A stretch of DNA of 64,000 nt from an uncultured Nitrososphaerales archaeon (GTDB taxonomy: Archaea; Thermoproteota; Nitrososphaeria; Nitrososphaerales; Gagatemarchaeaceae), in assembly GCA_963706445.1 (NCBI GenBank), contig OY970160.1:768001-832000 (forward strand). The letters are read 5' to 3'. Of the stretch, positions 9,086 through 17,849 are shown one piece after another; the stretch's first letter is position 1; every line of letters begins with the position of its first letter. Position numbers and translations under genes: made by a program. Under the pieces are notes generated by a model, which was given only the letters and a program-made list of their open reading frames with translations, had not been told where the DNA came from and ran no database searches.

Positions 9086-10906
9086 ATGGGAGAAAAGGGT
9101 AGCAAAGACTCGTCCTTAGGCCAGCGGGGCACCAACGGTCCCGACGAGGGCAAGCTCTCGCAACCCCTCAAATTCACTTCATCGCGAACAAAGCAACTCT
9201 TCGACTACTTGGTAGAATCATTTGTCGAGGACTACATGCGCAAGAAGTACGCCCAGGAGAGATCCGGATGGCGGAGTCTTGTTGACGCGGCCCGGAAGAT
9301 CGGGCTGCCTACCTCTGCGATGTACGGGAAGGGTGGCGGGCAGAGCCCTTTTGTCAGCGAGCTGATTCGACGAGGTATTGTCGAGCTGCGCGTATTTCCC
9401 GGTGAGCGCGGGCGCGGCGGGGGAATATCGAGGCTCAGAATCGCCTACGAAAAGAAACCCGTCCAGGGCTTGGTTGACAGGCTCGTCTGGGGCGACCTGC
9501 GAGGTGAGGAGCAAGTGCAACACTTGAACAGGCTGAAAGTGGCGGTGCTGCCGTTCACCAATATGAGCCCTGACCCTCGAGACGGATACTTCGCGGACGG
9601 GATGACAGAGGAGCTGATCTCAGCGGTCTCCAAGGTACGAGGGTTGAGCGTGATCTCACGAATCTCTGTCATGCACTACAAGGACCAGTCGATAGGGGCC
9701 CGGGAGATCGGTAGAGAACTGAAGACCGGCACGCTGCTCGAAGGCAGCGTCAGGAAGGCAGGCGATCGGGTCCGGGTCGCTGTCCAAATGATCAACGCCG
9801 AAACCGACGAGCATCTCTGGGCAGAGAACTACGACAGGACACTGGAGGACGTCTTCTCCATTCAAAGTGACATAGCCCAGAACGTAGCATCCATGCTCAA
9901 GGTCACCCTCCTTAATAGCGACCGGGAGAGGCTCGAGAAGGCCCCGACAAAAGACCCGGAAGCCCACGCCCTGTACCTGAAGGGGAGATCCCTTGGGATA
10001 CGTGGAACCGAGGCAGATCTGAAGAAAGCGGCCAAGTTCTATCGGAAGGCTATCCTGAAGGATCCCAAGTATGCCCTCGCGTACGCTTGGCTCTCCGATG
10101 CCACGTCTACATTGGGATTCTACGAGATGACGCCGCCCGTGAAGTCGTTCAAGAGAGCCGAAGAACTTGCCCGACGAGCGCTCGAAATAGACCCATCGCT
10201 CCCCGAAGCTCACATGTCATTGGGTGAAGTCCTTTTCAATCAATGGGATTTCAAAGGCTCAGAGGAAGAATTGAACCGTGCCTTGGAGCTGGACCCAAAC
10301 TCCGCGACGGTCCTGAGCGACAAAGCGAATCTAATGCTCTTCAGGGGGCGTCTCGACGAAGCCGCGACGCTCGCAAGGAGGGCGCTGGAACTTGACCCCC
10401 TATCACCGTCCATCCTCAATAATGCTGCAACAATTCTCCTCTATTCTGGCAAACTGGACGACGCCATAACCCTCTTCAAGAAGGTTCTCGAAATTGATCC
10501 CGAAGCGGCCTCTGCGCTGTGCAACCTCGGCGTGGCGTACGTCCAGAAGGGGATGTTAGACGAAGGCATAGATTCAATTCGTGATGCGATAAGGATGTCA
10601 AAGGGCTCCAGCCCGGGTCAGTGGAGCGACCTGGGACACGCGCTGAGCAAAGCTGGCAGGTTCGCAGAACTCAGGGAGCTTCTGATCGAAACCCTCGAAT
10701 GGCACGCGAAGAACCATCGTGGCGCCATCGCGCTCGTGTCACTCTACGCAAACCTTGGCGACAAGGACAAGGCCTTCGAGTGGCTGGAGAAGGCCATCGA
10801 AGAGCATTCAGGCTATCTCAATGGGATCCTTGCCGACTTCGCCTTCGAGGACCTCCGTTCGGACCCCCGGATGGAAGCAATCATAGCCCGTCTGGGCTTA
10901 AGATGA
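9086..10906 (+). CDS. Putative wHTH + TolB-like + TPR-repeat signalling protein
   Basis: VAVLPFTNMSPDP..YFADGMTEELI module shared with the cyclase at 25752; multiple TPRs (ALELDP); N-terminal helix/wing-like region. Confidence 0.75.
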   Translation: MGEKGSKDSSLGQRGTNGPDEGKLSQPLKFTSSRTKQLFDYLVESFVEDYMRKKYAQERSGWRSLVDAARKIGLPTSAMYGKGGGQSPFVSELIRRGIVELRVFPGERGRGGGISRLRIAYEKKPVQGLVDRLVWGDLRGEEQVQHLNRLKVAVLPFTNMSPDPRDGYFADGMTEELISAVSKVRGLSVISRISVMHYKDQSIGAREIGRELKTGTLLEGSVRKAGDRVRVAVQMINAETDEHLWAENYDRTLEDVFSIQSDIAQNVASMLKVTLLNSDRERLEKAPTKDPEAHALYLKGRSLGIRGTEADLKKAAKFYRKAILKDPKYALAYAWLSDATSTLGFYEMTPPVKSFKRAEELARRALEIDPSLPEAHMSLGEVLFNQWDFKGSEEELNRALELDPNSATVLSDKANLMLFRGRLDEAATLARRALELDPLSPSILNNAATILLYSGKLDDAITLFKKVLEIDPEAASALCNLGVAYVQKGMLDEGIDSIRDAIRMSKGSSPGQWSDLGHALSKAGRFAELRELLIETLEWHAKNHRGAIALVSLYANLGDKDKAFEWLEKAIEEHSGYLNGILADFAFEDLRSDPRMEAIIARLGLR

Positions 10907-10936
10907 AGCGCCGAATCTAGAAGTTAGCCATTATGT

Positions 10937-10976
10937 TGGGGCGCCCACGCGAACTGAGAAAACCCGGTTAGGGTAA
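10937..10976 (+). repeat. 40-bp att-like site, copy C
   Basis: TGGGGCGCCCACGCGAACTGAGAAAACCCGGTTAGGGTAA. Confidence 0.8.
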
Positions 10977-11011
10977 GGGAAATGTCATGATTAAATAGAG
11001 AAAAGGCGAGT

Positions 11012-11356
11012 ATGATGCCAGTGAAGACGACCAGGACCCTGGGAATCGTCTCGGCAGTCGTCGGCCTCGTCCTACTCTTGATTACCTTCGCCCTAGCCTA
11101 CTCCGTCTTCGCCAGCCATCAGGGCGCACTCACATCGACGGACCTTTCCACGAACTTCGCTTCGCTGTTACAGGCTGCGGTGCAGGCCCTCTTTCTGGGA
11201 ATAATGGGTTGGGCCGGCTCACTCCTCATGATCCGGGGAATCGACTTCGAGAAGGTCGAGAGGGGCGTCGGCGTCGTCACCTTCAAAGTGGACAAGGGGG
11301 TAGGGATCATGACCCAGCAGCCTGATCAAGAAGAGAACAAACCGAAGAGCTCTTGA
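11012..11356 (+). CDS. Two-TM membrane protein (first of a three-gene operon)
   Basis: Two hydrophobic helices; TTAAATA about 20 nt upstream. Confidence 0.7.
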   Translation: MMPVKTTRTLGIVSAVVGLVLLLITFALAYSVFASHQGALTSTDLSTNFASLLQAAVQALFLGIMGWAGSLLMIRGIDFEKVERGVGVVTFKVDKGVGIMTQQPDQEENKPKSS

Positions 11357-11838
11357 AGACCGAACAGTCGACCGCAGGGAGGTCTCTGAGGGGCGTATCC
11401 ATAGTCATAACTCTCCTTTCCGTGGTCATCTTCGCCACGATCGCCTATTCGGCCTACGAGGACAGCGTCGGTATCCTTGGGATCTTTGGCCAGGGTTCCA
11501 GCACGCCGGCGATCAGTGCCAAGACTGTCTACCAGGGTTCGACGGCCATGGTATCCATGAACATAACGCTGCATAACAATGGTCTCTATCCCCTCGCCTT
11601 CTCGATATCGTGCGTCCGATCCCCGGGCGCCCTGAACGCCACATGCAACAATCCCGCGACCTCGATAGCCATGAGCCAAACGGCGACCGTGCACTTCCTC
11701 ATGAATGTCACCGGGGTCGCCCCCCAGTCCGGAACGGGCGGGAGGCCCATAGATGTTGACGTGAATGTGACGCTCAATCCATTCGTCTCGCTCAAGGTCA
11801 CCACCGACCTGAGTGGGCTGGTAGGAGTTGTTCCCTAG
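11353..11838 (+). CDS. Membrane-anchored beta-sandwich (LEA/WHy-like) protein
   Basis: N-terminal TM followed by a beta-rich domain with NITLHNNGLYPL. Confidence 0.6.
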   Translation: MKTEQSTAGRSLRGVSIVITLLSVVIFATIAYSAYEDSVGILGIFGQGSSTPAISAKTVYQGSTAMVSMNITLHNNGLYPLAFSISCVRSPGALNATCNNPATSIAMSQTATVHFLMNVTGVAPQSGTGGRPIDVDVNVTLNPFVSLKVTTDLSGLVGVVP

Positions 11839-11841
11839 GCC

Positions 11842-12312
11842 TTGATGGGCGAGTACGTGAGCTGGCGAAGCAGGATTCTTGGAGCCGCCTTTGCCGCAGC
11901 ATTGAACATCTTTGTCTGGGTAGTCGTCCCCTATTTCTTGTACTCTGACCTCCTAAAGCTCGAGCCGACTGCAGTGAGCGCCGCCGGCTCTGGGATCTTC
12001 TCCCTGGACTTCATTTACACCTTCGGAGCGATCATAACGGGTCTCGAAGTGATGGGTGCCCTGACGAACGGGATGGCGGTCTCGGTCCCGCTGATCAGCG
12101 GTGGATACATTGCGTCGGCCTACTTCACCTACGCCTTGGTCAACGGGGGAACTTTCGCCCTCGAAGCGGCAGGTCTGAAATTCGCACTCTCGTTCCAACC
12201 GCTGCTTTTCCTGCTGATGCTCCCATCTCTATTTAGCGCATTCAAGGGGCCGATTTCTTTCTTGCTTGAGCGCACGGAGGCAGGGAGGGGAGCTTCTGAT
12301 CTTGCAGGTTAG
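11842..12312 (+). CDS. Four-TM membrane protein
   Basis: Four hydrophobic segments; coupled to the upstream genes. Confidence 0.7.
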   Translation: MMGEYVSWRSRILGAAFAAALNIFVWVVVPYFLYSDLLKLEPTAVSAAGSGIFSLDFIYTFGAIITGLEVMGALTNGMAVSVPLISGGYIASAYFTYALVNGGTFALEAAGLKFALSFQPLLFLLMLPSLFSAFKGPISFLLERTEAGRGASDLAG

Positions 12313-12376
12313 GCTACTGCAAGAGTCTGGAATTGCCACTTAGGCCTAGGCCTGCTTGACAATGCGCCCGAGGGAT

Positions 12377-12514
12377 TCGGGCTCCTACCTAGAATGTCTA
12401 GGCCCGGCCAGGGCGCACAACAGGGCGGTCTTCTCGGCTCCGACAATGGCTTGTTTCAGCCTAAGATCAACGGAGTAACCATCACGATCAACGGATCTGC
12501 TACCTAAACTGCAA
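12377..12514 (+). repeat. 40-bp att-like site, copy D, plus 98-bp extension shared with copy E
   Basis: TCGGGCTCCTACCTAGAATGTCTAGGCCCGGCCAGGGCGC; 12417-12514 matches 19489-19586 without gaps (about 9 mismatches by eye). Confidence 0.9.
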
Positions 12515-12565
12515 TCACATAGCTCGAATAACCATTTATCAGCCATCAATTTCCCCGAAGATGAC

Positions 12566-12973
12566 GTGGGCTCAACCCTACTCCTTCAGCCCATGATGTA
12601 CTTCGTTCCTTTCCGACTAGCCGCTCCCCAACGGGGATCAGAAGGAGACTCAGGTCAGACACCGATTCCAGCCGTTCTTGATCCTTCGTTCAAACGCATA
12701 ATGGTCTACGTCTTCGTTGCTAGCCGAGGGGGACAAAACAGGGCACGAATCGCGGAGATGCTTCGAGGAGAGCCGTCGAACCTCAACAGGATCTCAGAGG
12801 GCCTCAAGCTCGACTACAAGACGGTCCGTCATCACATCGGGGTTCTAGAGGAGAACGGAGTCATCATCTCGAATGCAAAGGGGGCTTACGGTGCGGTTTA
12901 TTTCCTGACCCCTTATTTTGAAAAATACTTCGAAATCGTCAAGGAAATGTGGGTTCGATTTGGGCATAGTTAG
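12566..12973 (+). CDS. Winged-helix (ArsR-like) transcriptional regulator
   Basis: SRGGQNRARI...NLNRISEGLKLDYKTVRHHIGVLEENGVI...YGAVYF. The true start may be further downstream. Confidence 0.85.
   Translation: MGSTLLLQPMMYFVPFRLAAPQRGSEGDSGQTPIPAVLDPSFKRIMVYVFVASRGGQNRARIAEMLRGEPSNLNRISEGLKLDYKTVRHHIGVLEENGVIISNAKGAYGAVYFLTPYFEKYFEIVKEMWVRFGHS
12945..12968 (+). promoter_or_regulatory. Tandem operator motif 1
   Basis: AATGTGGGTTCGATTTGGGCATA, ending 33 nt before ATG 13001 and followed by a TATA-like TTAGATAT. Confidence 0.7.
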
Positions 12974-13000
12974 ATATAGCTTGAGAGGGTCGAATAGCTG

Positions 13001-13312
13001 ATGGCGTTCGACATCTTCTGGATGAACGTCGCTGCAGGTTTCGCGTTCGTCAACATCGCCTTCGTGGCTTTGTTGATAGGCCTCTACTTCAGGAGCTGGC
13101 AGAAGGTGCGTTCCTCGCTGAGCCTCGCACTGATTCTCTTCGCTGTATTCTTCCTGGTTCAGAATGGGGTAATCGTAGTCTTCTGGTACGTCCTCTACGG
13201 TCTTGGCCCTCCCTTCCAGTCGGTCGTGGTTTCAGCGGCCCCCTACCTTGCTGCAATCAACGCCCTTGAGACGCTTGCGCTCGCGAACCTAGTTAGGATC
13301 ACTTGGAGCTAG
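13001..13312 (+). CDS. Three-TM membrane protein, probable partner of the wHTH regulator
   Basis: Three hydrophobic helices, FFLVQN and NALE motifs; directly follows the regulator. Confidence 0.7.
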   Translation: MAFDIFWMNVAAGFAFVNIAFVALLIGLYFRSWQKVRSSLSLALILFAVFFLVQNGVIVVFWYVLYGLGPPFQSVVVSAAPYLAAINALETLALANLVRITWS

Positions 13313-13363
13313 TCCAAGCCAGGCTGGCCATGCCCCAGCCCGGTTCGGCAGATCCCGTCAACC

Positions 13364-13387
13364 CGATTTGGGTCGGATTTGGGCATA
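13364..13387 (+). promoter_or_regulatory. Tandem operator motif 2
   Basis: CGATTTGGGTCGGATTTGGGCATA, ending 33 nt before ATG 13420. Confidence 0.75.
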
Positions 13388-13419
13388 CCGCTAATTAGTC
13401 TGAACCAAGAATAATACCG

Positions 13420-13599
13420 ATGACCGGATATTCAGCCGACCTGAAGCAAGTATGTGGCTGTGCCTGGGCAGCTACCGGTGCCACTTCGGACGAAGTGACA
13501 AACAAAGTGGCGTCGCATGCGATGCAGGCTCACGGGATGGATGAGGTCCCAGCCGAAGTAGCCCAGAAGCTTCAGGCAGCCATGAGACCGACGATGTAA
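13420..13599 (+). CDS. DUF1059-like small metal-binding protein (59 aa)
   Basis: Manual translation MTGYSADLKQVCGCAWAATGATSDEVTNKVASHAMQAHGMDEVPAEVAQKLQAAMRPTM (C..T..E...HA...HG pattern). Missed by the ORF track. Confidence 0.75.
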   Translation: MTGYSADLKQVCGCAWAATGATSDEVTNKVASHAMQAHGMDEVPAEVAQKLQAAMRPTM

Positions 13600-13781
13600 G
13601 AACTCACTGGAGGCGCAAGCCTCCTCTTTCTTTTTCTGATCAGACGATCTTGCAATCCATCAAAAGGAAGCTTTGTCGAAGGAGAACAAGCCGTAGGTGA
13701 TTTTAGGCGAATTGGAGGGCACCCTTGAAGACAACAGCTGCGCCGAAACAAGAAGGTCGAGGCAGAGGGCGATTCATTTGC

Positions 13782-13805
13782 CGATTTGGGCATAATTCTG
13801 GCATA
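13782..13805 (+). promoter_or_regulatory. Tandem operator motif 3
   Basis: CGATTTGGGCATAATTCTGGCATA, ending 35 nt before ATG 13840. Confidence 0.75.
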
Positions 13806-13839
13806 GCCTTTTCTACTTTTTGCACTCGATGCTCTTCCG

Positions 13840-14163
13840 ATGAATGACATAACAGATGAAAGTCGGCGCAAGTTTCTGAAGGTTGTGGCGCTTGGAGGGG
13901 TAGCTGTCGCTGCAACACCGCTCTTGATGAATGCCAAGATCCTGGGGTTGGGGTCAGCTTCCGTAAGCCCCGCTTTGGGGACAGGAACGGCATACGCACC
14001 TGTTTCAACTAAAACGGGTGGCGCCGGAGGGGACGATTCCACTTTGGTAGTCGTAGTGAAGAACGGCCAGGTCACAGGCTACAGGGGTGCGCAGAAGGTC
14101 GCCATGAATGACCTTGCGCTCGGATCCCAACTTCACACCTCCTTCGAGTCATACCTGGAGTGA
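13840..14163 (+). CDS. Small protein with twin-arginine (Tat) signal peptide
   Basis: SRRKFLK followed by a hydrophobic h-region. Confidence 0.8.
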   Translation: MNDITDESRRKFLKVVALGGVAVAATPLLMNAKILGLGSASVSPALGTGTAYAPVSTKTGGAGGDDSTLVVVVKNGQVTGYRGAQKVAMNDLALGSQLHTSFESYLE

Positions 14164-15627
14164 TTGGAAATGACATCCCACAGAGAGGCGCCGTCGATCT
14201 CTAAGGACCCGGTTGCGGACAATACAGATCTGTATGCGTTCGTCAGTCCCGACAAGCCGAACACAGTGACAATCCTGGCCAACTACATACCGCTTGAAGA
14301 GCCAGCTGGAGGCCCGAATTTCAATTCGTTCGGGGACGACGTACTCTACGAGATCAAGATCGACAATGACGCCGACGCCAAACCAGACATCACCTATCAG
14401 TTCACATTCAGGACTACGGTCGCAAACAAGAACACCTTCCTTTACAACACCGGTCCAATAGCAACGCTCGATTCGCCGAACTGGAACGTCCGTCAGTTCT
14501 ACAAGGTGACCGAAGTCAAGGGAGATGGCATCGCAAAGGTGCTTGGTGACAACCTTCCCTGCCCGCCGGTCAACATAGGTCCCCGGTCAACGCCCAGCTA
14601 TGCGAGCTTGGCCGACGCCGCGATCAAGGCCCTTTCCGACGGATCTTCGGTGTTCGCCGGCGCACGCGCGGACGGGTTCTACGTAGACCTTGGGTCGATC
14701 TTTGACCTGGGGACACTAAGGCCGCTCGAGTCCTACCACCTGATTCCAGTCCCGCCGAACGCTGCGGGGGTGAACGGACTTAAGGGATACAACTGCCACA
14801 GTATCGCTCTTCAGGTGCCCATCTCCAAACTGACGTCGGACGGTTCGGTACCAACCGACCCTAGCAAGCAAGAGGCTGTCCTTGGTTTCTGGGCTACAGC
14901 TAGTCGGCGAGCGGTCAGGGTTCCAGACGGAGCCTCTTCGAGCCAGGCATTCGAAGAAGCGGGGCCCTTCGTTCAGGTGTCCAGACTCGGAAACCCTCTG
15001 ATCAACGAGGTCGTAATTCCGGTCGGTACGAAGGACCAGTGGAACACTGTACAACCCTCGATGGACTCGGCCTTCGCCCCCTACTATCTAGTCCCCGAGC
15101 TCTCCAAGCTTCTGCCGGTACTGTACCCGGGCGTCTTCCCCAATCTGGCCGGCCTCTCAGGCTCAGCCGCCCCCAGAAACGACCTCGCAGCCATTCTTCT
15201 GACGGGTATCCCGAGCGGGATAATCACCGGGTTCCAGAACTTCACTGGTGCGACTCAGGCAGACATGCTCAGGCTGAACGTCGCCATCCCTCCAAACACA
15301 ACCGCGGGGGCCAACCCGCCTTTCAACAGCTCGAGCAGGCAGGGGATCCTTGGCGGAGACCTGGCGGGCTATCCCAACGGCCGACGGGTGTTCGACAACG
15401 TCGTGGCCATAGAGCTCCGAGCCATAGCGGGTCTCACATACCCCCTTGTCATGCCCAGCTACACCCCTGACGCGGCCGCAGGAATTTTGGCCGACACCGA
15501 CACCCCAGATCCAGGTGTCACAAAGTTCTCTGACGCCCAGAACGATGTCACCAACGCGCCATACCTGGGAAGCTTTCCATACCTCGCGACTCCCTACCAG
15601 GGTTACGAGCATGAGCACGACCCCTAG
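14164..15627 (+). CDS. DUF4331-family protein without its own signal peptide
   Basis: Hallmark TSHREAP..DP.ADNTDLYAF, QVSRLGNPLINE, DMLRLN, GYPNGRR..D; His-rich C-terminus YEHEHDP. Confidence 0.85.
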   Translation: MEMTSHREAPSISKDPVADNTDLYAFVSPDKPNTVTILANYIPLEEPAGGPNFNSFGDDVLYEIKIDNDADAKPDITYQFTFRTTVANKNTFLYNTGPIATLDSPNWNVRQFYKVTEVKGDGIAKVLGDNLPCPPVNIGPRSTPSYASLADAAIKALSDGSSVFAGARADGFYVDLGSIFDLGTLRPLESYHLIPVPPNAAGVNGLKGYNCHSIALQVPISKLTSDGSVPTDPSKQEAVLGFWATASRRAVRVPDGASSSQAFEEAGPFVQVSRLGNPLINEVVIPVGTKDQWNTVQPSMDSAFAPYYLVPELSKLLPVLYPGVFPNLAGLSGSAAPRNDLAAILLTGIPSGIITGFQNFTGATQADMLRLNVAIPPNTTAGANPPFNSSSRQGILGGDLAGYPNGRRVFDNVVAIELRAIAGLTYPLVMPSYTPDAAAGILADTDTPDPGVTKFSDAQNDVTNAPYLGSFPYLATPYQGYEHEHDP

Positions 15628-15657
15628 GCCGGTTCCGGACTTCGTAGGTTTCCATCC

Positions 15658-16695
15658 ATGAAGCTGGGACTGCCAATGGGGGACAGGATGGCGGTCCTAG
15701 GAATCTACGCAGCCATCGGGGCAGCCACGGCAGCCAGCCTGATGATAGCAGGGATCGTCGGGCGCTCGTTCGCCTTGATTCTGGGATTGAGCATGACGAC
15801 CTACATCCTCGGAGTCAGGCACGGGCTCGATGCGGACCATATTGCAGCCATAGACAACGTCACCAGGAGGCTGATGAACGGGGGGAAGCGCCCCATGACG
15901 GTGGGGACCTGGTTCTCGCTCGGGCACTCTACCATAGTCTTCGCTCTCACAGCTGGGATCACGATCGGGGCGCGCCAGGTCCTAGCCGCCGAGCCCGAGA
16001 TAGCCGGAATGGGATCTATCCTGGGTACGGGCATATCGGCCGCCTTTCTCTGGCTCATCGGGACAGTCAACCTCCTTTCTGCCATCCAAATCTACCGAAC
16101 GCTGAGGGCTGTACACAGCGGGAAGAATCAGGGCGACTCCGCTGATATTGCCATCCAGGGCGGGGGCTTCTTCAGCAGGAGGATGGGCCGGCTCTTCGAC
16201 CTGGTTCGGAAGCCGTGGCAGATATACCCCATAGGCATCCTGTTTGGGCTCGGGTTCGACACCGCGACCGAGGTCGCGCTAGTCTCGCTCAGTGTGCTCG
16301 CCGCGGTGGGGGGCTCGATCCCGGTCTGGACCGTGCTCATATTGCCAGCTACCTTCAGCTGCGGGATGGTGCTGGTCGATACTACCGACGGTGTGATGAT
16401 GACTTTTGCCTACGAATGGGCGTTTCTCCAACCTATGCGCAAGATATTCTACAATCTGACCTTGACCGTAGGGTCAATCGTCGTAGCCTTCCTGATAGGG
16501 GGGGTCGAGGTGCTCCAGGTCCTCTCACAGGGGCTGGGCCTTAGGGGCTTTTTCTGGACCTGGATGGGGGGAATCGACTTTGAAACCCTGGGGCTGTTCG
16601 TAGTTGCGGCGTTCGGGGCCACATGGGTCGTATCGTTGTCCTTGTACCGGTTCAGGCGCTACGGAAGGACCCTGGCGTTGCCCGCCGGCCCGTGA
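15658..16695 (+). CDS. HoxN/HupN/NixA (NiCoT) nickel/cobalt permease
   Basis: RHGLDADHIAAIDN, FSLGHSTIV and LFGLGFDTATE NiCoT signatures. Confidence 0.92.
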   Translation: MKLGLPMGDRMAVLGIYAAIGAATAASLMIAGIVGRSFALILGLSMTTYILGVRHGLDADHIAAIDNVTRRLMNGGKRPMTVGTWFSLGHSTIVFALTAGITIGARQVLAAEPEIAGMGSILGTGISAAFLWLIGTVNLLSAIQIYRTLRAVHSGKNQGDSADIAIQGGGFFSRRMGRLFDLVRKPWQIYPIGILFGLGFDTATEVALVSLSVLAAVGGSIPVWTVLILPATFSCGMVLVDTTDGVMMTFAYEWAFLQPMRKIFYNLTLTVGSIVVAFLIGGVEVLQVLSQGLGLRGFFWTWMGGIDFETLGLFVVAAFGATWVVSLSLYRFRRYGRTLALPAGP

Positions 16696-16717
16696 AGATC
16701 CGTTTTCGCCGATGGCC

Positions 16718-17140
16718 CTAGCTGTTCGCGTGAAATATTCCTGAGCTTACTTCCTCGGTGACCTTGAGCCCTCCAGGTGGCACATTGAAGGGGCAGATGA
16801 TCCCCCGGCTGTATTTGACCGCTCCCTCGACCTCGATGACTGGGAACTCATCCTCGGTTGCCCGGGCGGCATGGGACCGGACTTCCTGTTCCGTCTGACA
16901 CAGCCTATCCAAGTTCTTGAGCAGGTCCTCCCCTTTTTCCGTGTAAATCCGACGTATCTTGGCCTCTCCCTCAAGCTGTTTTGACACCTCAGAATCGTAC
17001 AGAAAGACCCTGTCTCCCTCTTCGATCAGATCCCAATCGTCGCTCTTCTCCCCTACGTAAAGAACCCTATGATGAACGATGTTGTGCACCGCTTCGCGGC
17101 CCATGGGAATTATTATCCCTGTCACTCCGTTTTTCCCCAT
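16718..17140 (-). CDS. DUF365/PUA-ASCH-like protein
   Basis: GDRVFLYDS...LEGEAKI pattern of PUA-like folds. Confidence 0.55.
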   Translation of the reverse strand: MGKNGVTGIIIPMGREAVHNIVHHRVLYVGEKSDDWDLIEEGDRVFLYDSEVSKQLEGEAKIRRIYTEKGEDLLKNLDRLCQTEQEVRSHAARATEDEFPVIEVEGAVKYSRGIICPFNVPPGGLKVTEEVSSGIFHANS

Positions 17141-17198
17141 TTGTTGCTCGCCATCAATGGACGACTTTTGGCACTTTCGGAAGGGGTCCGTGAGAATT

Positions 17199-17492
17199 CT
17201 AGGAGAATTTCTTTACGCGCTGCACGATTTCGGCCGAAATCTGATCTGAGGTCTTTCCTTCGGTGCTTATCCCAAGCTGCTTCGCTGTATTGCGAAGCGC
17301 GTCAGGGGAACCAACTTCCGCCTCCGGGTGACCTGCCACAGGCGCTGCGGTTTCCTTCCCACCCATCTCGAATTCGTTCTTCGCCCTCCCTAAACTCCTT
17401 GCCAGTTGAGGGATCTTTGTAGGGCCCCACATCAAGACAACCACAGCGATTGCCCCTATGATCAACAGCTGAACCGGGTCTGCGAATACCAT
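17199..17492 (-). CDS. tatA: Twin-arginine translocase TatA/E subunit
   Basis: TM + WGPTKIPQLARSLGRAKNEF; archaeal tail AKQLGISTEGKT. Confidence 0.9.
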   Translation of the reverse strand: MVFADPVQLLIIGAIAVVVLMWGPTKIPQLARSLGRAKNEFEMGGKETAAPVAGHPEAEVGSPDALRNTAKQLGISTEGKTSDQISAEIVQRVKKFS

Positions 17493-17525
17493 TGAAAGAC
17501 GAAGTGCGTACTGCAGATATTAGCT

Positions 17526-17549
17526 TATGCCAGATTTTGGCCCAAATCC
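17526..17549 (-). promoter_or_regulatory. Tandem operator motif 4
   Basis: Reverse complement GGATTTGGGCCAAAATCTGGCATA, ending 34 nt before the tatA ATG. Confidence 0.75.
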
Positions 17550-17571
17550 CGGACGGACTTCCCCGGCTAGG

Positions 17572-17640
17572 TAGGGCGCCTTCAGCTCAACGGACAACGC
17601 CCGGCCAGGGCGCCTCCTTCCAATGTAGGCGCCCCAACGT
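17572..17640. repeat. att-like site copy G (42 bp, + strand) followed by an inverted left half-site
   Basis: TAGGGCGCCTTCAGCTCAACGGACAACGCCCGGCCAGGGCGC at 17572-17613; reverse complement of 17625-17640 is ACGTTGGGGCGCCTAC. Confidence 0.75.
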
Positions 17641-17849
17641 ACTCATAGACTAGGAACATCAGATGAACTAGTGACTTACTTCCATGACCACGGGAAGAAG
17701 CTGGAAGCGACCATTCTCAGGACGGAGAGCGAAGACTTCCCCTGTCGGCTGAAGCACAGAGTCTTGACCATTCTCTGCATTGGCGAAGAAGTCCCTGAAT
17801 GCCGGCCAGTGTTTGTGAATCGCAGAAGAGGCTGGTTCCCTCAATAGTT

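Noticed and set aside
14161-14166. TGA readthrough fusing the Tat protein to DUF4331 (same frame, adjacent)
   Set aside because: GGAGTGA just before the TTG/ATG start looks like a ribosome-binding site for a separate coupled gene, and no recoding signal is evident. Not fully excluded.
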